Shown here: positions 54,045-61,972 of the stretch, in pieces
How positions within the stretch are numbered: position 1 is the first letter of the stretch
How the letters are laid out: each line of letters begins with the position of its first letter
Made by a program: the position numbers and the translations under genes
Notes under the pieces: model-generated
The model's input: only the letters and a program-made list of their open reading frames with translations
The model's database searches: none
Told to the model about the DNA's origin: nothing
Source of the DNA: an uncultured Acidimicrobiales bacterium
GTDB lineage: Bacteria; Actinomycetota; Acidimicrobiia; Acidimicrobiales; SZUA-35
Assembly: GCA_937925335.1 (NCBI GenBank)
Contig: CALEWY010000019.1
Span: 15,708-79,707, forward strand
Reading direction: 5' to 3'
Length of the DNA stretch: 64,000 nt

Positions 54045-54084
54045 TCACGCCGGAGGAGAGATTCCGAGCGCGTGACCCAGGCCA

Positions 54085-54253
54085 GCCTGGCCTCCGTGGC
54101 CGTGAACGGCCCCCGGAGGGAGTTATGGCCTGGCCTCCGTGGCCGTGAACGGCCCCCGGAGGGAGTTATGGCTTGGCCTTCCGTGGCCGTGAACGGCTCC
54201 CGGAGGGAGTTATGGCCTGGTCTCCGTGGCCGTGAACGGCTCCCGGAGGGAGT
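54085..54253. repeat. Four tandem copies of a 43/44-nt structured unit GCCTGGCCTCCGTGGCCGTGAACGGCCCCCGGAGGGAGTTATG (copies at 54085, 54128, 54171, 54215; the last is truncated)
   Basis: Copies 1 and 2 are identical. Copies 3 and 4 differ by a few C>T changes, and copy 3 also has a 1-nt insertion. Each unit contains nested inverted repeats CCTCCG...CGGAGG and GGCCG-TGAA-CGGCC. Confidence 0.95.
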
Positions 54254-54258
54254 CACCG

Positions 54259-55242
54259 TCACGCGAGGTTGCGTTGTTGGCGGGCGACGAGTTCCATGTC
54301 GGCCTCGACCATCATGGTGACGAGTTCGGTGAACGTGGTTTTGGGTTCCCAGCCGAGCACGGTTTTGGCTTTGGTGCAGTCACCGATGAGCAGGTCGACT
54401 TCGGCGGGGCGCATGAATGCTTCGTCCTGCACGACGTAGTCCTGCCAGGCGAGGTCGACGTGGCCGAAGGCGAGGTCGCAGAATTCTTCAACGGAGTGGG
54501 TTTCGCCGGTGGAGATGACGAAGTCGTCCGCGGTGTCTTGTTGAAGCATGAGCCACATGGCTCGGACGTAGTCACCAGCGAAGCCCCAGTCGCGCTGGGG
54601 GTGGAGGTCGCCGAGGCGGAGTTCGGTGGCGAGCCCTTGTTTGATGCGGGCGACGTGGTTTGTGATTTTGCGGGTGACGAATTCGAGGCCGCGGCGGGGT
54701 GATTCGTGGTTGAACAAGATGCCGCTGGAGGCGTGCATGTTGTAGGACTCGCGGTAGTTGACGGTCATCCAGTGGCCGTAGACCTTGGCGACGCCGTAGG
54801 GCGAGCGGGGGTAGAAGGGTGTGGCTTCGGTCTGAGGGACTTCCATGACCTTGCCGAACATCTCGGAAGAGGATGCTTGGTAGTAGCGGATCTCGGGGTT
54901 GGTGTTGCGGACGGCGTTGAGCATGCGGGTGACGCCGAGGGCGGTGGTGTCGCCGGTGAGCACTGCCTGCTGGAAGCTGGTCTGGACGAAGGATTGGGCG
55001 GCGAGGTTGTAGACCTCGTCGGGTTTGGTCGATTTGAGGAGTTCGGTGAGGGAGGACTCGTCGAGGAGGTCGCCTTGGACAACTTCGATGTCGTCTTGGA
55101 TGTGGTTGATGCGTTCGAAGTTGATGGTCGAGGTGCGGCGGACCATGCCGTAGACCTTGTAGTCCTGTTCGAGTAGGAGTTCGGCGAGGTAGGAGCCGTC
55201 TTGGCCGGTGAGGCCGGTGATGAGTGCAGTCTTTTGGGTCAT
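54259..55242 (-). CDS. gmd: GDP-mannose 4,6-dehydratase
   Basis: [48 protein letters not shown]...[11 protein letters not shown]...SPYGVAKVY...[12 protein letters not shown]. Start ATG 55242 is preceded by GAGAGGAAAA. Confidence 0.95.
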   Translation of the reverse strand: MTQKTALITGLTGQDGSYLAELLLEQDYKVYGMVRRTSTINFERINHIQDDIEVVQGDLLDESSLTELLKSTKPDEVYNLAAQSFVQTSFQQAVLTGDTTALGVTRMLNAVRNTNPEIRYYQASSSEMFGKVMEVPQTEATPFYPRSPYGVAKVYGHWMTVNYRESYNMHASSGILFNHESPRRGLEFVTRKITNHVARIKQGLATELRLGDLHPQRDWGFAGDYVRAMWLMLQQDTADDFVISTGETHSVEEFCDLAFGHVDLAWQDYVVQDEAFMRPAEVDLLIGDCTKAKTVLGWEPKTTFTELVTMMVEADMELVARQQRNLA

Positions 55243-55267
55243 GGGGTTTTCCTCTCGGATGCGACGG

Positions 55268-56203
55268 TCATGGCGTGGGCTCGGCACCGGATTGTGCTTG
55301 GTGCCGGGCGTAGGCCATGACGTCGGCCAGGGATTGTTGCAGTGAGATCGTTGGCTGCCAGCCGGTGTCGGCGGTGATCGCCGCTCGGCTGCCTTGCAGG
55401 ACCGGCAGCTCGACTGGGCGAAGCAGTGCTGGGTCGGCTTCGGTGCCGATTTCGACGGTTGCGTCGGCGATGAGGGTTTCGAGCACAGCCATCATTGGGA
55501 CGGCCTCGCCGGAGCAGATGTTATAGGTCTGGCCGGGGGTCGCTCGCTCCGCCAACAATCGGTAGGCGGCAACCACATCGCGTACGTCGGTGAGATCGCG
55601 CTGCGCACTGAGATCGCCGTGGGATACCACCCCACCGCCGGCCGCTTCGCAGTCGACGATGCGCTTTGCGAACGCCGCAGTCACGAACTTCGGCGATTGG
55701 CCAGGCCCAATGTGGTTGAACGGACGAGCGATGATCGCTTCGACGCCAAACCCCCTGTGGTACTGCTTTGCCAGTGCTTCGGCTGCAACCTTTGAGGCAC
55801 CGTAGGGCGAGCTCGGTTGAGCAGGCGCAGACTCGACGAGGGGGAGCGCGTCCGGGGTGACGACGCCATAAACATCGGCGCTCGAGACGACGATCACGCG
55901 CACGCTTTTCGAGCGGGTTTCGTTCTGCTGGCGAGCGGCTTCGAGCACGGTCATGGTGCCTTCAGCGTTGACACGAAATGTGGTGTGTGGATCGTTCCAC
56001 GAACCACCAACATCGCTCCACCCGGCGAGGTGGTAGATCACGTCTGGTTTCTCGTCGGAAACGAGGCTGAACCAGCCGTCGCGATCGAGCAGATCCGGCC
56101 CGCTGCGGCCGCCGATTCCAGCGACGTCGTCGCCAGCTTCGAGGAGGTGCTTCTGCAGGTAGGGGCCGACGAACCCATCGGCGCCGGTGATCAGCGCTTT
56201 CAT
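55268..56203 (-). CDS. rmd: GDP-4-dehydro-6-deoxy-D-mannose reductase-like (Rmd-like) extended SDR
   Basis: [20 protein letters not shown]...SSADVYG...[11 protein letters not shown]...[11 protein letters not shown]...[11 protein letters not shown]...YNICSG...[13 protein letters not shown] parallels Pseudomonas Rmd as I remember it. An Fcl-type fucose synthase is less likely but not excluded. Confidence 0.75.
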   Translation of the reverse strand: MKALITGADGFVGPYLQKHLLEAGDDVAGIGGRSGPDLLDRDGWFSLVSDEKPDVIYHLAGWSDVGGSWNDPHTTFRVNAEGTMTVLEAARQQNETRSKSVRVIVVSSADVYGVVTPDALPLVESAPAQPSSPYGASKVAAEALAKQYHRGFGVEAIIARPFNHIGPGQSPKFVTAAFAKRIVDCEAAGGGVVSHGDLSAQRDLTDVRDVVAAYRLLAERATPGQTYNICSGEAVPMMAVLETLIADATVEIGTEADPALLRPVELPVLQGSRAAITADTGWQPTISLQQSLADVMAYARHQAQSGAEPTP

Positions 56204-56456
56204 ACGTCCAGCCCTGCGACAACGCAGCGAACCTGTCGGCCTCGAGCCGGTGCGGAATCCACGGCAGAGGAGGGTACTCGCCCACATGAGCCAGACCCCG
56301 GATTCCCATCACTCTCAGTGGGAGCCAAATCGCTCAGCGCCGCTTCTTGATCGGATGCCGCGTTCTTAGACCGTCGAGGCCGTCGAGTTGGGGCACTAGT
56401 CAGAACCGCCCTGATGCCCCGTGAAGGCGAGCGTGGGGAGTTAGCCTTGCCGTCCC

Positions 56457-59400
56457 GTGACTGAGCCTGAGGATTCCTCCATCGAAGGCCCAGCTCGCTC
56501 CGCGTCGCGGGGCGAGCGCGACCTCTCCACCCCGGACTCAGAAACGATCGAAATCGCCGCCGATGAATTGGTTCTTGGCGCCGCCACAGCGGACGAGATC
56601 ACGGCGGCCATGGAAGGCGCCGACAGCGATCAGGAGCTGCCGTCGGTCGTCGCCGTCGTTGTCTCGCGTGATCCCGGCGACCACTTCGAGGCCACCCTCG
56701 AATCGCTGCGCGATCAGCGTTACGCCAACCTGTCGGTGCTGGTGATCGATGCTGGCAGTGCAAAGCCGCTCGCTGATCGAGTCGCGCCGATTTTGCCCGA
56801 GGCCTTCATCCATCGATTGAAGGGGACGGCCAGCTTCCCACTCGCCCACAACCTCGCTCTCGATCTCGTGTCCGAGGCAGCGTTCTTGGCGCTGTGTCAC
56901 GACGACGTCGTGCTCGAAGACAACTGCATCGGTGTCATGGTGCAAGAGGTGTTCCGCTCGAACGCGGCGGTCGTTGCGCCGAAGGTCGTCGAGTGGAACG
57001 ACCCTCGTCGTTTGGTCTCGATCGGCAAAGGCTCAGACAAGTTCGGCGTCGAGGTCGATCTCGTCGAACCTCGTGAGTTCGACCAGGACCAATACGACCG
57101 TGTTCGTGATGTGTTCGTTGCCCCCGGTGGGTTGCAGCTCATCCGAGCCGATCTCTTCCGCGAACTCGAAGGCTTCGACGACGCGCTCTCGCAGCCGAGC
57201 GCCGACGTTGACCTGTGCTGGCGAGTTCACCTTCTCGGCGGTCGCGTCATCGCTGCTCCCGACGCCAAGATTCGTCACCTTGGCCGCCATCCGAACGAGG
57301 GCGATGAGGAGACGAGGCGCCGAGATCTCGGGCGCGGCCGGCTGCGCACATTGCTGGTCACCGCATCGGGTTTCTCGCTCCTGCGAGTGCTGCCGCTCGC
57401 GATCTTTCTGCTGGTGCTCGAGGCTGTCTATTCGCTGATCGCCGGTCGTCGCCGTCAGGCACAATCAGCCTTTGGGGCGATTTCGTGGAACCTGTCGAAC
57501 CTCGGCGCGATTCGCAAACGTCGAGCCGTCGTTGCCGAGTCCCGCAAGATTTCTGATCGCGAGATCCATGCGAAGCAGGTTGGCGGCTCGGCACGAGTCA
57601 ACACCTTCTTCCGCGAGCAGTTCGGATTCGGAACCGACCGCCTTGCTGGCGCGTTCGGCTCGGTCAAGCGGTCGCTGACCGGCGAAGAAGCAGCCGCCAA
57701 CCGGAGCGGTGCCGTGATCGGTGTCTTGCTCACGCTGTTCCTGCTCTTTGGTAGCCGTCATCTGATCACCAGAGGCTCCGTCGCGGTTGGTCAAGTTCCT
57801 GATCTCGGCACCGCATCGAGCATGCTCGGTGAGTGGCTGGGTGGGTGGCGCAGCGCCAACAGCGGCAGCCCCGGCAACCCGGCCTCAGCCCTGCTCGCCT
57901 TCGCCATCGCGAAGGTGGCGTTCTTCTGGGGGAGCGGTGTGCTCGACACCGCCCTCGTGATGGCGCCGCTGTTCATCGGCGCGCTGGGTGCATGGCGCTT
58001 GGTCGCTCCGTTCTCAAGCCTCCGAGCAAGTGCGATCGCGGCGATCATGTACGCCGCCAATCCGTTGCCGATGACCGCCATGTCTGCTGGCCGATGGGAT
58101 GCCCTTGTCGTGTGGGCTGTGGCGCCGAGCCTGCTCGCCTCGCTGCTTCGCATCCAGGGCTTTGCGCCATTCGGTCGCGTCGGTGGTGAGCTCGGCCCGG
58201 CCGTTGCCGACCGACCCGTCGTGACCCGCCTGATTCGTTTCGGACTTCTCGTGTCGATGGCGGCAACCTTCGTTCCCGTCGTTGGCCTGATCGCCGCACT
58301 GATGGCGCTGGTCTTGGTCGTCGCGTCGATCGTCGTCGCTCGCCCGGTTGGTGTTCCTCGGCTCGTGGTCGCCTCGGTGGTTGCCGTGATCGCTCCAGCG
58401 GCGCTGCACTTTCCGTGGACGTACGATTTACTGCGCCAGTTCTCGTGGGAGCGATTCGTCGGACCCAACTCGCCCGAGTCGGTCTTTGATTCACTCGCCG
58501 ACCTGCTCCGCTTCTCGACCGGCAGCTTGGCTCCCAGCCTGCTGACGCTCGGTGTCTTGGCCGCTGCTGGATGCGCGCTCGTCATCGCCAAGGATCGCCG
58601 CTTCGAAGCGGCCGCATCGGGTTGGATCGTGGCGCTTGGATTCTGGATCTTGGTGTGGGCCGGGCGACGCGATCTGCTTCCGTTCGAACTCCCCACCGCC
58701 GAGTTGATGCTGGCCCCGGCAGCCGCTGGACTTGCGCTTGCGAGCGGCATGGCCATCCGTGGCCTCGAGGTTGATTTCGCCTTCTCGAAGCGAATCAGCC
58801 TTCGCCAGGTTGCTGCCCTCCTTGGCGTCGTTGGCGTGGCAGTTGCCTCGGTCGGCGGGATGCAGCGCACATTCGATGGGCGATGGGGGCTGCCGAGCCA
58901 GTCGTTCAACAACATCGGCGGGTTGCTCGCCGACACAGAAGTTCGTGACGGCAACGGAACCGTCCGAATGTTGTGGCTGGCCGATCCGTCGATCGCTCCG
59001 GCCGACACGATCGTCAGCCCTGGAGGCTCCAACTTCTTCATCACCGATGGCGGCCACCCAACGGCAGCCGATCGCCTCACCACCGGACCGAGCCTCCTCG
59101 ACGCGCAGATCGCTGATCGCCTCGACCTCGCAGCCGTTGGCGAAACGATCCGACTCGGCCAGCTCCTCGCTGTCTACGGCATCGACTTCGTCGTCGTGAT
59201 GGAACAGCTCGCCCCGGCTCCCTACACCGGCCCGATCATCAGCCCCGATGTCGATCCCGGAGACGGTGTCGTCCGAGTCCTCGCCAACCAACTCGATCTC
59301 GAACGATTGCAGGGCGCCCCGAACCTGGTCATCTATCGAAACGCGGCCTCACACGGCCCGGCATCGTCCCAGCCTGGCGCCGCGGAGCTCACCGCCGATC

Positions 59401-59720
59401 CCCGCAGTCAACTACTCGTCGATCCCGAATCGGGTGAGCGCGTCTCGCTCGTCGCCGAGGACGCAACCTCGTGGATCGGTCGTGGTGAAACGCCCGAGCA
59501 GTTCAGGTTGGCCGTCGCCGCCGATGGCTGGTCGGTCAACGATCCCAATGCGTCGGTCAGCGCAACCCCCGGTGGGCTTTTGCTCGTCGACGGAGTGACC
59601 GAACCAGTGTTTGAGGTGTCCCACGATGTTCCTCTCACGCGCCGTCTGGCCGTGATTGGTCAGCTGCTGTTGATCTCGATCGGTGTCGGTCTTGGTCGCG
59701 TATATCGGAGGCGAGCATGA
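56457..59720 (+). CDS. Large bipartite protein: N-terminal GT2 (GT-A) glycosyltransferase plus a polytopic membrane domain and a C-terminal extracytoplasmic region
   Basis: VVAVVVSRDPGDHFEATLESLRDQRYANLSVLVIDAGS...LCHDDV (GT2 DxD region), then at least 10 hydrophobic segments between aa 300 and 760. GTG start 56457. Confidence 0.85.
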   Translation: MTEPEDSSIEGPARSASRGERDLSTPDSETIEIAADELVLGAATADEITAAMEGADSDQELPSVVAVVVSRDPGDHFEATLESLRDQRYANLSVLVIDAGSAKPLADRVAPILPEAFIHRLKGTASFPLAHNLALDLVSEAAFLALCHDDVVLEDNCIGVMVQEVFRSNAAVVAPKVVEWNDPRRLVSIGKGSDKFGVEVDLVEPREFDQDQYDRVRDVFVAPGGLQLIRADLFRELEGFDDALSQPSADVDLCWRVHLLGGRVIAAPDAKIRHLGRHPNEGDEETRRRDLGRGRLRTLLVTASGFSLLRVLPLAIFLLVLEAVYSLIAGRRRQAQSAFGAISWNLSNLGAIRKRRAVVAESRKISDREIHAKQVGGSARVNTFFREQFGFGTDRLAGAFGSVKRSLTGEEAAANRSGAVIGVLLTLFLLFGSRHLITRGSVAVGQVPDLGTASSMLGEWLGGWRSANSGSPGNPASALLAFAIAKVAFFWGSGVLDTALVMAPLFIGALGAWRLVAPFSSLRASAIAAIMYAANPLPMTAMSAGRWDALVVWAVAPSLLASLLRIQGFAPFGRVGGELGPAVADRPVVTRLIRFGLLVSMAATFVPVVGLIAALMALVLVVASIVVARPVGVPRLVVASVVAVIAPAALHFPWTYDLLRQFSWERFVGPNSPESVFDSLADLLRFSTGSLAPSLLTLGVLAAAGCALVIAKDRRFEAAASGWIVALGFWILVWAGRRDLLPFELPTAELMLAPAAAGLALASGMAIRGLEVDFAFSKRISLRQVAALLGVVGVAVASVGGMQRTFDGRWGLPSQSFNNIGGLLADTEVRDGNGTVRMLWLADPSIAPADTIVSPGGSNFFITDGGHPTAADRLTTGPSLLDAQIADRLDLAAVGETIRLGQLLAVYGIDFVVVMEQLAPAPYTGPIISPDVDPGDGVVRVLANQLDLERLQGAPNLVIYRNAASHGPASSQPGAAELTADPRSQLLVDPESGERVSLVAEDATSWIGRGETPEQFRLAVAADGWSVNDPNASVSATPGGLLLVDGVTEPVFEVSHDVPLTRRLAVIGQLLLISIGVGLGRVYRRRA

Positions 59721-61291
59721 CCCGTTGGAGCACGATCGCTCTGATCCTGAGCGTGCTGGTCGCCGGTGTTGCCTACGACCGAATCGACACCGCGCCGATT
59801 GCGCAAGAAGCAGAACCGGCGCCGCGCCAGAGCACTCCCGAAATGATCGACCCGCCGCGGTTGACTTCCACCTGGTACTGCCCGGTCGGCTCGACGAACG
59901 TCGACGGTTACGCCACTCATCGCGTGATGGTCTCGAACGTCGGCGATGAGTCGGCGTTGGTCACCGTCGACGCCCTGACGTCCAACGGTCCTGGACCTGG
60001 CCTTCGATTCGATCTGGATCCGCTCCAGACCGAAGTTGTTGATCTTGCGACCCTTGCGGATGACCCAGCTGTCGGGGCAACCGTTGAGATCGTTGGCGGC
60101 GAGGGAGCCGTCGGCCACCAGGTCACCACCGCAACCGGTGTCGCCGAGGGCCCGTGTAGCTCGTCAGCGGCGAGTCGTTGGTTCCTCGCATCGGGCTCGA
60201 CGACCCGAGACGCACACGAATACATCGCGCTGTTGAACCCCTCGCTTGACGATGTGGTGTTCGAGGCTGAGTTCCGGATCGACGGCCGCACCCGTATTCC
60301 TGGCGACCTCGAACGCGGCGTTGTGCCCGCCCAGTCGGTTCGCGTGATCGATCTTGGTGAGTTCGTTGCTCGCGAGGAAGAGATCGCAGCCACGATCACC
60401 GTCGTGCAGGGACAACTCGTGGTGGAGCGATTGCAGACGCTCGACGGCACGCTCGGTCCTCGAGGCGCGGCCTTGCAGCTGGCCGTTGCTGACGCAGCAA
60501 CGTCGTGGGCGTTCCCGGCCGGCCGGTTGGCCGAAGGTTCGGACAACACGATCGTCGTGAATAACCCGACCGATGAGGTCGCCACCCTCGACGTCTTCCT
60601 CGACCCGCTGATCGAACAGGACCGTCAAACCTTCGGCCTTGTCGCGGTGCCGTTGACGGTCAATCCCGGGCGCACAGCCCGGCTCGATCTAGCTGAACTC
60701 GCGGAACAGATTTTGATTCCGCTGCCCTACGAACTCGGCGTGCGAATCGAGTCGGTCAACGGCGTCCCTGTCGTTGCCGAGCGGTGGCAGCTCGCACCTG
60801 CAATCGATCGATCGCTGATCGGTGCTGGCGGCGGCAATGCGAAGATCGTGCCGCAACAAGATGGCGACGACACCGAAATTCCTGAAGAGGAGCTCGAGCC
60901 AGAGCCTGAGCCGGCAACGTTTGATCAGGCCACGGCAACCGCTGGTGTGTCGACCAGCCGCGGTGTTGAGCAGGCGTCGACTCGCTGGGTGGTTCCGTGG
61001 GTGACGATGGCGCCTGATGACGGAACCGTGATCGTCGTGACCGGCGCCGGCGGCGGAGAAGACGGCGTCGATGCTCGAGTTGAGGCTCGCGTGATGGTCG
61101 GCGGAACCCTTCAGCCTCCCGTCCGGTCGATCGTTGGTCCGGAAGGCCGATCGATTCTTGTCGTGTTCGCTCCCGTTGAAGGAGCGCCGGTTGTGATCAC
61201 GAGCGATCAGCCCGTCTACGTCGAAGCCCAGGTTGTCTCCGGCGCACGACTCGACGTGGTGCCGGCCGTTCCGACCCGGTCCGTTTCATGA
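59717..61291 (+). CDS. Membrane-anchored extracytoplasmic protein, DUF5719-like (family name from memory, unverified)
   Basis: N-terminal TM helix WSTIALILSVLVAGVAY. ATGA overlap with the GT2 gene. Codon usage looks coding. The family assignment rests on remembered synteny with GT2-membrane proteins in Actinomycetota. Confidence 0.7.
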   Translation: MTRWSTIALILSVLVAGVAYDRIDTAPIAQEAEPAPRQSTPEMIDPPRLTSTWYCPVGSTNVDGYATHRVMVSNVGDESALVTVDALTSNGPGPGLRFDLDPLQTEVVDLATLADDPAVGATVEIVGGEGAVGHQVTTATGVAEGPCSSSAASRWFLASGSTTRDAHEYIALLNPSLDDVVFEAEFRIDGRTRIPGDLERGVVPAQSVRVIDLGEFVAREEEIAATITVVQGQLVVERLQTLDGTLGPRGAALQLAVADAATSWAFPAGRLAEGSDNTIVVNNPTDEVATLDVFLDPLIEQDRQTFGLVAVPLTVNPGRTARLDLAELAEQILIPLPYELGVRIESVNGVPVVAERWQLAPAIDRSLIGAGGGNAKIVPQQDGDDTEIPEEELEPEPEPATFDQATATAGVSTSRGVEQASTRWVVPWVTMAPDDGTVIVVTGAGGGEDGVDARVEARVMVGGTLQPPVRSIVGPEGRSILVVFAPVEGAPVVITSDQPVYVEAQVVSGARLDVVPAVPTRSVS

Positions 61292-61701
61292 TCCGACTCA
61301 TCGTTCTCGTCGTGTTGACGGCGGTCGCTGTCGGCGTTGCGCTCGCACTACAGCGACGCCGTCCCGAGCCACCCTCCTCGCCGTCCTACAAGGCTCCGAC
61401 CCAGGTCGATCGCGATGACTTCGAGCAGACCGCCTCAACCCTGATCGCTGTGTTCACCTCAGCCACGTGCGCCAGTTGCGCTGTCGCTCTCGAAACCGCT
61501 CGTTCGGTCGTGGCGGGTGCCGCCGACGCAACGGACGTCGCCATGGTCGATCTCGAAGTCAATCGAGACTCTCGCCTTCACCAGCGCTACAAGATCGACG
61601 GCGTACCGACCACGCTCGTGATCGACCACGAGGGCGTCGTCCAGGCATCATTCTTCGGCCCGACTGACGTTGCTCAAGTCAACGACGCCATCGCGTTCTA
61701 G
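61288..61701 (+). CDS. Membrane-anchored thioredoxin-fold protein (CxxC = CASC)
   Basis: TM helix MIRLIVLVVLTAVAVGVALAL, then FTSATCASCAV...YKIDGVPTTLVIDHEG (thioredoxin-like cis-Pro region). ATGA overlap with the preceding gene. Confidence 0.7.
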   Translation: MIRLIVLVVLTAVAVGVALALQRRRPEPPSSPSYKAPTQVDRDDFEQTASTLIAVFTSATCASCAVALETARSVVAGAADATDVAMVDLEVNRDSRLHQRYKIDGVPTTLVIDHEGVVQASFFGPTDVAQVNDAIAF

Positions 61702-61972
61702 CGGCGCTTGCAAAGCGGCGCCCGAGCCTAAGGCCCGACCACGATCGGTGGACGCCAGGCCGGTGGTGTCGCTGCTTTGGGACAAGCTTGTCGGTGCGTT
61801 TGTTGTGTCTTCCGACCCCACATTTGGGCATGCCGCCTCGTCCCAATGTTGATACTCCTGCGCTCAAGTTGTGCTTGATACCGGGGGTTTACGCCGAGGT
61901 AGGCAAAACGTCCGATCAGTGAGCGCTGTTCGTGGGCCGACACATGAAGGACACCGTTCCAAAGGCATCACC

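Noticed and set aside
54035-54262. 75-aa ORF across the 43-nt array; the array considered as a possible CRISPR
   Set aside because: The peptide is just the repeat translated (PRRPGHNSLR.PFTATE twice). It is not CRISPR because the units are directly adjacent with no spacers, there are only four copies, and no cas genes are present.
57791-59083. 430-aa minus-strand ORF inside the GT2-membrane gene (also 58491-59291)
   Set aside because: Antisense shadow ORF. The sense frame encodes a coherent series of TM helices.
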